Positions 1-8,400 of a stretch of 22,368 bases of DNA are shown here, piece after piece. How positions within the stretch are numbered: position 1 is the stretch's first letter; the number at the start of each line of letters is the position of its first letter. Made by a program: the position numbers and the translations under genes. Source of the DNA: Promethearchaeota archaeon (GTDB taxonomy: Archaea > Asgardarchaeota > Thorarchaeia > Thorarchaeales > Thorarchaeaceae); the NCBI GenBank assembly GCA_027031765.1, contig JALVPN010000208.1, positions 1,714 to 24,081 of the forward strand. The letters run 5' to 3'. The notes beneath the pieces were generated by a model. It was not told the origin of the DNA. It saw only the letters and a list, made by a program, of their open reading frames with translations, and ran no database searches.

Positions 1-180
1 GTACCAGTTGGCGTAGATGCCGGTTTTGCGCGCCAGCCCGGCGACGAACAGCGGCGTGTCCGCCGAAAAGGTGGTGGCGACGATGGAGGTTCCCGCGATC
101 CACCACGGCAGGCGGCGTCCGGAGAGAAAGTACTCCTCGAGGCTCTTTCCCGCGCGGCTGGCGAAGGCCACGCCGACCCA
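1..180 (-). other. Fragment of a sodium:solute symporter (SSS/SLC5 family) N-terminal region, joined in frame to the permease
   Basis: Translation WVGVAFASRAGKSLEEYFLSGRRLPWWIAGTSIVATTFSADTPLFVAGLARKTGIYANWY matches the SSS N-terminal signature (xxEYFLxGRxLPWWxAGxSxVATTFxADTP...G...NW). Confidence 0.8.
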
Positions 181-2565
181 CTGCAGTCTCACCACGCCGC
201 TCTCAATGGGACGGCTGTAGTAGTTGTCGAGCTGCGCGGTCACCGAGTAGGTCCGTGCCACTCCTTCTACCGACTCCAGGATGTCGTCCTCAACGAGTGT
301 GCCGTTCGTCCCCGGTGTCGTCTTGATGAGCACCTCAGCAGTGGCCATTGGGAGGAAGCCCGTCGTGTTGAGGAACTCCTCTGACACAAAGGACGGGTAG
401 TCACCGCCTGTGGAGACCTCGACATCGCCGGCCAGTGTCTCTACGAGCGACTGGTATCCTATCAGTCCCACGACCCTGAGGGTAGCAGGGTGCCTCCCGC
501 CCGCCGGTACCACGTATATCCTGTCACCGACGGACACGTCGAGGGCCCTTGCGACCGTAATGGAGAGGATGACACCGTCGTCACCCAGCTGTGTGAACAT
601 GGGCTCGGGGTCGCCCACGAACCACTCGCGTTCCCAGTATGCTATCTCCGGCCACTCATCCGGCCGTATCGCACGTACGGAGAGCGCGTTCTCTCCAGCA
701 TACAACGTCAGTCGGTACTCAACGGTCGTGTCCTCGACATGGTCGAGCTGCTCGACTGCGGCGACAGCTGCCGTCACGTCCGCCCCGGCCTCCATCTCAA
801 CGCGGACATCAGCCCCGACTGTGTACCGTGCATTACGGTCAGTATGGTCGTACTGTGAGAACAGCTGGCCTGTGGAGGACACACCGTACGCCACAATGAG
901 CGCCACTATGAACACCACGGCAGCGTTGCGTGCTGGGTTCCGCTTGACGTTCCTCGTGGCCAGGTTACCAAAGGCCCCGAAGAACCGACGTGCGGCCACG
1001 ATGACTGAGTCCTGGAACCTCGTTGAGCCCCGCATGAAGAGCTTCGTTGTGCCGTAGAGGAAGAAGATGGGGCCGAGGAAGTCGAGTATCCCGTCCACCA
1101 CGACCCACGCTATCGCAAGGAGCACCAGGAAGAAGTTCCCGGGCCGCAGCACGGTGATGAGCATCGACACATCGATGCCGAGTGCCCATATCACCATCTT
1201 GTATGTGCCCAGCACGAAGGCCAGTGTTGGCAGGAGGCGCTTGTACTCGGACGTCTCCTCCACGTAGACATACTGTTTGAGTGCGTCGAGTATCTCAAGG
1301 CGCGCGGCACGGTTTGCGGGCCTCCACACGGAGATGAGCGCCAGTACCATGCCCACTACGAGGGACAGGATGACAGCAGTGGTGTTGCGGCCGATGATGT
1401 TGAGCACATCCTCCTCCGGCTTGACCATGGTCACTGCAATCAGGGCCCCGAGGAATGATGCGCACACCCCCGCAACCGCCCCTATCAGCGCGCCTTCGAG
1501 TAGCAGCATGTTGCGTATGTCCTTCCGTTTGAAGCCCTTCGTGAGCAGCAGCCCGACCTCGCGGCGCCTCAGGTTGTAGCTCACATCACTCACGGTCATG
1601 CCGGTAAAGTACGCCATGAAGAAGATGGGCAGCGCCATGGCCGTGAAGGCCAGGTTCATCATGCCCGAGATGAACTGGAACAGTCTCAGTGGAGTCCCGA
1701 GCGGGGTGCTCACCTCAGCGCCGTAGCGCTGCGCGTACATTCCAATGCGGTGCATGACCTCCTCCACCCGGTCCACTGATGCGGGGATATCATACGGGTC
1801 GATCAGGGCCTCCCGGTCAATCTTGATGTGGATGCTGTTCTGGACATAGGCGCCAGTGGCGTTCGGATAGCTGTGGGCTGCTCTGAGCAGCGGCGCCCCA
1901 GTGTTCTCCCAGTCCACAAGGAGGATGTTGTACGGTATCTCGATACCACGCCCGTATGGACCGGCCAGTATTCCAGCGTAGGGGTTCTGCTGCAGCGCGT
2001 ACCGGCTCGCATCCGGGACGTCCACAAAGCCAACGACAGTGACATTCCACAGCACCTGTTCAGGGCGGTCGTGACCAGTGCCGTCGCTGACCGTTACGAC
2101 AACTGGTATGGTGACATTGTCCCCAAGTGCGAAGAGGGACTCGTTGAGAGACCCCACGAGGACGTTGGTCTCGTTAGGCCCGGTGGCCACTCTGCCCGAC
2201 ACCAGCTCTAGGCCAGCGCCGAAGTCAGACTCCCAGTCCATCGCAAAGACCTGGAAGTAGGTGCCAGTTAGGTTGTACCGGAAGGTCACGAGGGTCGTCC
2301 TTGTGCTCGCCACCACCTCCGAAACGTTCGATATGTCTTCCTCCAGGGCAGAGAACGTGGTGTCGGTCCAGTTGGAGGGGTTCGAGTTCACGACCACATC
2401 GTAGAGGACACCGTCCAGGGCGCCCTCAAGTGCGTCACGGGCCAGGAGGTCAGCAGCAACATTCGTGCCTGCGAAGAACGTGGTCGCTACGAGGACTCCG
2501 ACAGTGAGCGCGGCGAAGAAACGGTATCCGCGTGCGACTCTCTTGAAGGCGTACTTGAACATCAT
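1..2565 (-). CDS. FtsX/MacB-type ABC transporter permease, open at the left edge; C-terminal part replaced in frame by a symporter fragment
   Basis: Manual translation from ATG at 2565 gives MMFKYAFKRVARGYRFFAALTVGVLVATTFF..., a large extracellular loop, then the FtsX motif SYNLRRREVGLLLTKGFKRKDIRNMLLLEGALIG, followed by ATRNVKRNPARNAAVVFIVALIVAYG and a second loop. No in-frame stop was seen down to nt 1. It is missing from the ORF track because there is no stop in the window. Confidence 0.85.
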   Translation of the reverse strand, partial: MMFKYAFKRVARGYRFFAALTVGVLVATTFFAGTNVAADLLARDALEGALDGVLYDVVVNSNPSNWTDTTFSALEEDISNVSEVVASTRTTLVTFRYNLTGTYFQVFAMDWESDFGAGLELVSGRVATGPNETNVLVGSLNESLFALGDNVTIPVVVTVSDGTGHDRPEQVLWNVTVVGFVDVPDASRYALQQNPYAGILAGPYGRGIEIPYNILLVDWENTGAPLLRAAHSYPNATGAYVQNSIHIKIDREALIDPYDIPASVDRVEEVMHRIGMYAQRYGAEVSTPLGTPLRLFQFISGMMNLAFTAMALPIFFMAYFTGMTVSDVSYNLRRREVGLLLTKGFKRKDIRNMLLLEGALIGAVAGVCASFLGALIAVTMVKPEEDVLNIIGRNTTAVILSLVVGMVLALISVWRPANRAARLEILDALKQYVYVEETSEYKRLLPTLAFVLGTYKMVIWALGIDVSMLITVLRPGNFFLVLLAIAWVVVDGILDFLGPIFFLYGTTKLFMRGSTRFQDSVIVAARRFFGAFGNLATRNVKRNPARNAAVVFIVALIVAYGVSSTGQLFSQYDHTDRNARYTVGADVRVEMEAGADVTAAVAAVEQLDHVEDTTVEYRLTLYAGENALSVRAIRPDEWPEIAYWEREWFVGDPEPMFTQLGDDGVILSITVARALDVSVGDRIYVVPAGGRHPATLRVVGLIGYQSLVETLAGDVEVSTGGDYPSFVSEEFLNTTGFLPMATAEVLIKTTPGTNGTLVEDDILESVEGVARTYSVTAQLDNYYSRPIESGVVRLQWVGVAFASRAGKSLEEYFLSGRRLPWWIAGTSIVATTFSADTPLFVAGLARKTGIYANWY

Positions 2566-2646
2566 ACATGTCCCGCTATCCCCATGAGGTGCACCATCGC
2601 AAATTAAGGGCCACGTTCAACGCACAATCACGCAGACGGCACACAA

Positions 2647-2794
2647 GTGCCCCGGCTGGTACGGGGCGCCACTGCGGCCTGTGAGCTCCTCGTCGAGGGG
2701 CATTGACACCTGGCACCACTGTGGACTGGTGGGGGCCGTCCGGTGCTACCTACCCCGACTTGCATGTCAGTACCTGCCATACCTGCCGGGGCAC
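2647..2794. repeat. 18-bp imperfect inverted repeat enclosing 112 nt, in the permease-epimerase intergenic region
   Basis: 2647-2664 GTGCCCCGGCTGGTACGG versus the reverse complement of 2777-2794, GTGCCCCGGCAGGTATGG (16/18 identical). Confidence 0.75.
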
Positions 2795-2830
2795 ACCGTA
2801 CGTATCCCCCACCGGCACGGGCACGACCAG

Positions 2831-3805
2831 TCACAAGAAGGGGAAGGGGGAGGCGGCCAGCACTCTCCGTCGTGCGAGAGGCCTAAGAAGCCTCATGATG
2901 TGACGTCTGAGCCCAAGGCTCTTCTCCAGGTCTTCGAGGTAGTCATCAAAGGTGCGTGTCTGGAACTGTAACAGCTCCTGGGCCTTGCGCGTGTCCATCC
3001 AGTTGGTATGGTAGTACTCCTCGTCACTCTTGGGGACGAGGAACGCCTCCTCCGGCAGCTCTCCTATGCCCATCACCTCGAAGGTGGCCCTGATGAACTC
3101 CCTGTACGACATCCTGCACCTCTCACCCCCACCAATCAGCAGCACTTTGCCCTCGGTCGGCGCAGTCACCGCCCTCGCCACTGCAAGTCCCACATCCCGG
3201 GTGTGCACGAACTCCACCCGCTGGTCCAGCGGGATCATGAACATGGTCTTGTCCACCTCATTGTTGATCCAGTCCACCCGTATCGCAGGCACCACACCAA
3301 AGCGCAGTACTGTCCACGGTAGCCCGCTCTCGCACACGAGCTTCTCTGACGCAATCTTTGTCTCAGTGTACACATCCGTGGCCACCTGCGGGTCATCGGC
3401 AGTCTTCGGCGGGCCACGCGGCGGCTGGTGACCATACGTGGCCACGGAGCTGGCATAGATGAACTTGGGCTGTGTCCCCATCTCGATAGCCGCCTCCAGC
3501 AGGTTCTCTGTACCACCTACGTTCACCGCCCGTGTCAACTCCGGGTCGATGTCTGACCTCGGCGGTATTATGGCCGCAAGGTGCGCGACCACATCCACCC
3601 CCTCTACTGCGCTACGGACGACCCCGAGGTCCCGGACGTCACCCCAGCACACATCGAAGTCGAACTGTACGGCGAGCTCATGGTATACTTTTTCAGTGTG
3701 GGGCGTCTTGATGTCGAGACATGTCACCCGGTGACCGTGCTCGACCATGGCAAGAAGAGCACTCTCTCCAATGTTGCCAAATGCACCAGTCAGCAGGACC
3801 CTCAT
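2831..3805 (-). CDS. NAD(P)-dependent epimerase/dehydratase (extended SDR)
   Basis: MRVLLTGAFGNIG (GxxGxxG), YASS, YTETK (YxxxK). Start moved from 3958 to ATG 3805, which has GGGAGGGG and TTTATA upstream. Confidence 0.9.
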   Translation of the reverse strand: MRVLLTGAFGNIGESALLAMVEHGHRVTCLDIKTPHTEKVYHELAVQFDFDVCWGDVRDLGVVRSAVEGVDVVAHLAAIIPPRSDIDPELTRAVNVGGTENLLEAAIEMGTQPKFIYASSVATYGHQPPRGPPKTADDPQVATDVYTETKIASEKLVCESGLPWTVLRFGVVPAIRVDWINNEVDKTMFMIPLDQRVEFVHTRDVGLAVARAVTAPTEGKVLLIGGGERCRMSYREFIRATFEVMGIGELPEEAFLVPKSDEEYYHTNWMDTRKAQELLQFQTRTFDDYLEDLEKSLGLRRHIMRLLRPLARRRVLAASPFPFL

Positions 3806-3828
3806 ACGTGACCCCTCCCGCGTACACG

Positions 3829-3834
3829 TATAAA
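3829..3834 (-). promoter_or_regulatory. Putative archaeal TATA box (TTTATA) for the epimerase gene
   Basis: TTTATA on the minus strand about 24 nt upstream of ATG 3805, in an AT-rich patch of a GC-rich region. Confidence 0.55.
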
Positions 3835-3938
3835 TATTTCGAGCAGCGAAATATTCTATACGCGAAATATCTGGTGGGTGGGGCGCTGTGCCGCGACCGT
3901 CTCGTGAAACGAAATGTCCGTCACCGAAATGTCCGTCA
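3833..3938. promoter_or_regulatory. Candidate operator array of CGAAATRT motifs
   Basis: Perfect inverted repeat AATATTTCG-N5-CGAAATATT (3833-3855), a third CGAAATAT (3863-3870), and a 14-bp direct repeat CGAAATGTCCGTCA (3910-3923, 3925-3938). Confidence 0.55.
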
Positions 3939-4057
3939 GCCGTTATTTCCGGTGTCAAGACTTTTCGGTGGTCGAAGTATTAGTACCGATGGGCCGGTGG
4001 GGTGTTGCCCACGGGCCGTTCAGTGTGTCCAGTCCTACTACATGTGAGGTGCTACGT

Positions 4058-4492
4058 ATGGACCGGAGACGTGGTGCGCTGGTCAGGGAGCTGGTCGAGC
4101 TGCTCCAGCTCCTGTCGAGGAAGCAGTGGTTCATGGGCAATACAGACCTCACGCTCGACGAGTTCCTCGTCCTGGACCTGGTGGAAGAGCGTGGCAACTG
4201 CACGATGGGAGAGGTCGCGGACTCCTTCTCCATGCCAAGGAGCACGCTGACAGGTATCATTGACAGGCTTGAGCGGAAGGACTTTGTCCGCCGTGTGCGT
4301 TCTGGTGATGACCGCAGGCGTGTCCGGATTGGGACGACGAGGCGCGGCAAGAAGGCCTACGAGAAGTTCCGGAGCTCGGCCCTCCAGAAGGTGGACACAG
4401 CACTGTCCCACCTGAGCGACGACGAGCTCGTCGACCTGATTGCCATTGTGCGCCGGCTTGCTGGTGCACTTGGCCTACCGGGTGCCCGTTGA
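4058..4492 (+). CDS. MarR-family transcriptional regulator
   Basis: LTLDEFLVLDLV...TMGEVADSFSMPRSTLTGIIDRLERKDFVRRVRSGDDRRRVRI, a winged helix with the DRR motif. Start moved to ATG 4058, after the RBS GTGAGGTG. Confidence 0.9.
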   Translation: MDRRRGALVRELVELLQLLSRKQWFMGNTDLTLDEFLVLDLVEERGNCTMGEVADSFSMPRSTLTGIIDRLERKDFVRRVRSGDDRRRVRIGTTRRGKKAYEKFRSSALQKVDTALSHLSDDELVDLIAIVRRLAGALGLPGAR

Positions 4493-4595
4493 ACAGGCCA
4501 GTGGACTGACGGCAGAGCGGGCATGTGCCGGGACGCAACAGTAAAAATGGTGAGCCCTCTGCCGATGTGCACCGGCGGACACAACGGTGGACAGT

Positions 4596-5591
4596 ATGCG
4601 CAGGGAACGACGTCTCCTCCTGGGTCTTTCAATGGTCGTGATGACCGTCAGTGGGATTGGCATGGCTGTGTACTTCGGTCAGGTGTCGGGCAGGGTCATG
4701 CTCGTGGTGGCCACGACGACCAGTCTCTATGACACCGGCCTGCTGGACGACCTGAGGTCCGTATACGAGGCTGCGCATCCCGACGTGAGGCTCGCCTTTG
4801 TGGCCACGGGGACGGGGATGGCGCTTGAGAGTGCCAGACATGGAGATGCCCAACTCGTGCTCGTGCACGCACCGGCCCTGGAGGCGGCTTTCATGCGGGA
4901 GGGTTACGGTGTGAACAGGAAGGTCTTCGCCTACAACTTCTTCGTGGTTGTCGGCCCTCCCGAAGACCCCGCCGGGATTGCCGGCCTGGACGTTGTGTCA
5001 GCACTGACGAGGATTGTCGGGTTCGGCCGCACGGAGAACGCATCTGTGTGGGTGAGCCGTGATGACAGCTCGGGGACGAATGTCCGTGAGAAGGCCCTGT
5101 GGATGTCCTGTGGCCTGGACTACGACGTGCTACGACAGGAAGCGTGGTTCATGTCCTCCGGGGCAGGAATGGGGCGCACCCTCACTGTTGCTGACGAGCT
5201 CGGCCTCTACACTCTCTCCGACGTCGGTACGTACCTCAAGTACAGCTCGGACGGGCTCGTGCACCTCCGCGTCTTTGTGGAGAACGAGTCGGCACTCCTC
5301 AACGTGTACAGTGTGATGGCTGTCAACCACTCGCTGGTGTCGCCGACGGAGTTCAGTACAGCAATGGACCTTGTTGCTTTCATCGTCGGCCCCGCACAGG
5401 ACCTCATCGGGCAGTACGGGGTGGACGCGTACGGGAGGCCGCTCTTCTACCCGGCAGTGTCAGTCCTGACTACTGGGCGGCCCCCGACCACTGCCGAGGC
5501 CATCCGTACCGTGGCATTCATCGACTACGAGGGTACCGCCTACGAGTGCCCGCCGCCATACCGCGTTGGCGAGTACGGACTGTACCCATGA
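4596..5591 (+). CDS. tupA: Tungstate ABC transporter substrate-binding protein
   Basis: N-terminal membrane anchor, ATTTSLYDTGLLD (TTTS motif), AVTGTG-like VATGTGMAL, LVHAP, SRDDSSGT. ATG 4596 is preferred to GTG 4587 because GGTGGA lies upstream. Confidence 0.85.
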   Translation: MRRERRLLLGLSMVVMTVSGIGMAVYFGQVSGRVMLVVATTTSLYDTGLLDDLRSVYEAAHPDVRLAFVATGTGMALESARHGDAQLVLVHAPALEAAFMREGYGVNRKVFAYNFFVVVGPPEDPAGIAGLDVVSALTRIVGFGRTENASVWVSRDDSSGTNVREKALWMSCGLDYDVLRQEAWFMSSGAGMGRTLTVADELGLYTLSDVGTYLKYSSDGLVHLRVFVENESALLNVYSVMAVNHSLVSPTEFSTAMDLVAFIVGPAQDLIGQYGVDAYGRPLFYPAVSVLTTGRPPTTAEAIRTVAFIDYEGTAYECPPPYRVGEYGLYP

Positions 5592-5601
5592 GGGACAGGC
5601 G

Positions 5602-6264
5602 ATGACGGTCGAAGAAGAGATTGTGGAGATCACGCTCAGGTCACTTGCGGTATCTGGACTTGCCACCCTGCTGGCAGCGGCTGCCGGCATCCCGCTTGGA
5701 CTGTTCCTCGGTCTTGCGCGTTCCAGGGGTCGGGACATGCTGACCGGAGTGTTCAGGGGTCTGATGAGCATGCCCACCGTCGCACTTGGCCTGGTGCTCT
5801 ACGTCATATTCTCAAGGAGCGGCCCTCTCGGCGTGTTCAGACTGCTGTACACGCCGCTCGCACTGGTCATCGGGCAGGCCCTGCTCGTGTTCCCAATTGG
5901 AGTCAGTATCACAGCTGAGACCTGCACCGCTCTGTCTTCAAGAGTCCGCGAACTGGCCCTGACCCTCGGCGCTGATGAGCGTGGCGCCACCGCTGCCGTT
6001 GTCCGTGAGTCGCTGGGTGGCATCATGCTCGCTGTTTCCGCGAGCTTCAGCAGGGCGGTCTCAGAACTCGGCGTAGCACTCATGGTGGGTGGCAACCTGG
6101 AGGGCATCACACGGGTACTGACCACCTCGATTGCCCTTGAGACCACCCGGGGTGAGGTCGTCCTCGGGCTTGCCCTGACCGTCGTCCTGCTGTCGATAAT
6201 GGTCGTCTTCAATGTCGTCCTGAGGTCGGCCGAGCAGCGCATCAGGTGGTGGCTGTGGCAGTGA
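5602..6264 (+). CDS. tupB: Tungstate ABC transporter permease
   Basis: About 5 TM segments with MPTVALGLVLY, GPLG, LTLGA (EAA loop) and SFSRAVSELGVALMVGGNLEGITRVLTT. Lies directly after tupA. Confidence 0.88.
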   Translation: MTVEEEIVEITLRSLAVSGLATLLAAAAGIPLGLFLGLARSRGRDMLTGVFRGLMSMPTVALGLVLYVIFSRSGPLGVFRLLYTPLALVIGQALLVFPIGVSITAETCTALSSRVRELALTLGADERGATAAVVRESLGGIMLAVSASFSRAVSELGVALMVGGNLEGITRVLTTSIALETTRGEVVLGLALTVVLLSIMVVFNVVLRSAEQRIRWWLWQ

Positions 6265-7370
6265 TCCAGCTACGGTCTGTCACCGTCCACTTTGGCCCCA
6301 CACGTGCCCTCAGCGACGTTGACCTCGAAGTCCGGCGCGGTGAGCTCCTCTCCGTCCTAGGTCCGAACGGCTCCGGGAAGACAACACTGTTGCGCGTGGT
6401 CGCAGGCCTGCTCCAGCCCAGTGATGGCACTGTCCTGCTCGATGGGACGCCTGTTTCACGGGACACACTACACGGTCTGCGCCAGCGTGTGACCATGGTC
6501 TTCCAGCGGCCCGTCGTCTTTGGTACCACTGTCTTCAACAACGTGGCGTATGGGCTCAGGCGGCGTGGCCTGTCAGAGTCAGAGGTGGCCGTCCAAGTGG
6601 AAGAGGCGCTGAGACTTGTAGGGCTTGACAGCCTGTCCACACGCCATGCCCGTTCACTGTCTGGTGGAGAGCAGAAGCGGCTGTCCTTGGCAATGGCCCT
6701 CGTCACACAGCCGGAGCTACTGCTGCTTGACGAGCCGACCGCATACCTCGATGCAGAGGGCGCCGACATGGTCTGGCGCTTGGTGGAGTCGCTCCGTGGC
6801 ACCGGCACCGGTATTGTCGTTGCCACGCACGACCTGTTGGGCATGACCCCATTGAGCGACCGGGCCGTGTTCCTCCGGGCTGGACACGTGGTCAGTACCA
6901 GAGAGGCCCATGGACATGTCATGGACGGGCTGGCTGCAATTGACGTGGTGGCCCCGGAACGGAACGTCTACCACGGGCACGCCAGGCTCCTACCGGGTAG
7001 CAGCACCGGCCCCTACCGTGCCCTCGTCCAGATTGCCCCGTCGGTGACCATTGAGGCCCTTGCCCACCATGGCGGCGAGGTCCGCGTGTCCGTCCCGCCC
7101 GAAGACATTGCTCTCTCTGTCACACCGGTCATTTCCAGTGCGCGCAACTCACTTCACGGACGTGTCGTGGGCGTGGAGCGGCACGGTGATTTGGCGGTGG
7201 TCTCAGTGGATGTTGGTGTGGTCTTCAATACACTTGTGACCGCCGAGTCGCTCGCGCGCCTGGACATCAGAGAGGGCACAGCGGTCTACGTCACTTTCAA
7301 GGCGTCCTCAGTGCGCGTCTACAGTGCGGGCGCCGGGACCGGTGGAGGCGATATGCATGACCAATCATAA
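6261..7370 (+). CDS. tupC: Tungstate/molybdate ABC transporter ATPase with C-terminal TOBE domains
   Basis: Walker A GPNGSGKTT, Q-loop FQRP, signature LSGGE, Walker B LLLLDEP, H-loop ATHD, and a TOBE-like SARNSLHGRV...VTAESLARLDIREGTAVYVTFKAS. GTG start overlaps the tupB stop (GTGA). Confidence 0.85.
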   Translation: MIQLRSVTVHFGPTRALSDVDLEVRRGELLSVLGPNGSGKTTLLRVVAGLLQPSDGTVLLDGTPVSRDTLHGLRQRVTMVFQRPVVFGTTVFNNVAYGLRRRGLSESEVAVQVEEALRLVGLDSLSTRHARSLSGGEQKRLSLAMALVTQPELLLLDEPTAYLDAEGADMVWRLVESLRGTGTGIVVATHDLLGMTPLSDRAVFLRAGHVVSTREAHGHVMDGLAAIDVVAPERNVYHGHARLLPGSSTGPYRALVQIAPSVTIEALAHHGGEVRVSVPPEDIALSVTPVISSARNSLHGRVVGVERHGDLAVVSVDVGVVFNTLVTAESLARLDIREGTAVYVTFKASSVRVYSAGAGTGGGDMHDQS

Positions 7371-8400
7371 CAGTTATCACGGGGCCCGACCGACGCGTGC
7401 CCCACCAATGACGGCGACACCGCAGGTAGTGCACATGGTCGGCCCCACCGGGGGGCGCAGGCTCGTGGACACCTATGGCCGGCCAGTGACCCATCTCAGG
7501 GTCTCGGTCACCCAGCGATGTGACCACAGGTGTTTCTTCTGCCACCGCGAGGGCGAGACCGCACCCGGCCCTGAGCTCCCGGCTGACGCGGTGGAACGGG
7601 TCGTCCGGAAGTGCGTCGAGTACGGCGTCCACACAGTCAAACTCACTGGCGGGGAGCCGCTCACGCGCGAGGACATCGTGGGACTGGTCAGGCGCCTGGC
7701 ACCGCTCGTGGGCGACCTGTCCATGACGACGAACGGCTCACGACTTGCAGGCCTTGCTGGTACCCTCCGGGACGCAGGCCTCACCCGGGTGAACGTCAGC
7801 CTGCACACTCTCAGTCACGAGAGACACCGCAGGATCACGGGTGTTGATGACCTTGATGCGGTACTGCGTGGTGTGCGGGCTGCAGTGGACGCGGGCCTGT
7901 CACCGGTGAAGCTGAACATGACCGTGATGCGCAGCTACAATGACGACGAGATACCTGACATGCTGGAGTTCTCTGCAGAGACAGACGCGGTGCTCCAGCT
8001 GATAGAGCTGCAGCCGTTCCCCACGTCAGGCCCCACGCTCGGGAAACTGATGGTGCCCCTCGCACCGGTGGAGCGGGTACTGAGCTCACGGGCCAGACGG
8101 GTGGTGCGCCGCTCCCTACACGGCCGGAAGCAGTACGCAGTGCCGACCGGGAACGGTGAGGCCCTGGTGGAGGTCGTGCGGCCGCACCACAACAGTGTGT
8201 TCTGTGCGAACTGTACGCGCCTCCGGGTCACGTCAGACGGAAAGCTCCGCCCGTGCCTGCTCAGGGACGACAACCTCGTGGACGTCTCACGGTTCCTGTG
8301 CGACGACGGGCCCGAGAACGCTACAGCACTCGACGCAGCACTGGACCTCGCAGTCAGGTTGAGAGAGCCGTACTGGAAAGGGGCTGTCAGCAATGATTGA
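7357..8400 (+). CDS. moaA: GTP 3',8-cyclase (radical SAM)
   Basis: DTYGRPVTHLRVSVTQRCDHRCFFCH (CxxxCxxC), LTGGEP, TTNG, and C-terminal FCANCTRLRVTSDGKLRPCL. The start is uncertain (7357 has a GGAGG RBS; 7408 and 7435 are alternatives). Confidence 0.93.
   Translation: MTNHNSYHGARPTRAPPMTATPQVVHMVGPTGGRRLVDTYGRPVTHLRVSVTQRCDHRCFFCHREGETAPGPELPADAVERVVRKCVEYGVHTVKLTGGEPLTREDIVGLVRRLAPLVGDLSMTTNGSRLAGLAGTLRDAGLTRVNVSLHTLSHERHRRITGVDDLDAVLRGVRAAVDAGLSPVKLNMTVMRSYNDDEIPDMLEFSAETDAVLQLIELQPFPTSGPTLGKLMVPLAPVERVLSSRARRVVRRSLHGRKQYAVPTGNGEALVEVVRPHHNSVFCANCTRLRVTSDGKLRPCLLRDDNLVDVSRFLCDDGPENATALDAALDLAVRLREPYWKGAVSND

Noticed and set aside
410-1057. 215-aa plus-strand ORF and neighbouring plus-strand ORFs in 17-2507
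   Set aside because: They are antisense shadows of the minus-strand permease, with Ser/Thr-rich nonsense composition and no recognisable motifs.
2647-2794. SECIS element or autonomous IS element
   Set aside because: The upstream epimerase has no in-frame UGA, and there is no transposase or clear target-site duplication.
3910-3938. Tandem 14-bp repeat as a possible mini-CRISPR
   Set aside because: Only two short copies, a 1-nt spacer, and no cas genes in the window.
3806-4057. N-terminal extensions of the epimerase (to 3958) and MarR (from 3914) in the ORF track
   Set aside because: The extensions overlap each other and the AT-rich promoter/repeat region. Downstream ATGs have RBS support and match family start positions.
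4493-4595. Moco/Wco riboswitch upstream of tupA
   Set aside because: The region is short and I could not find the conserved elements of that RNA class by eye. Only a generic inverted repeat is present.
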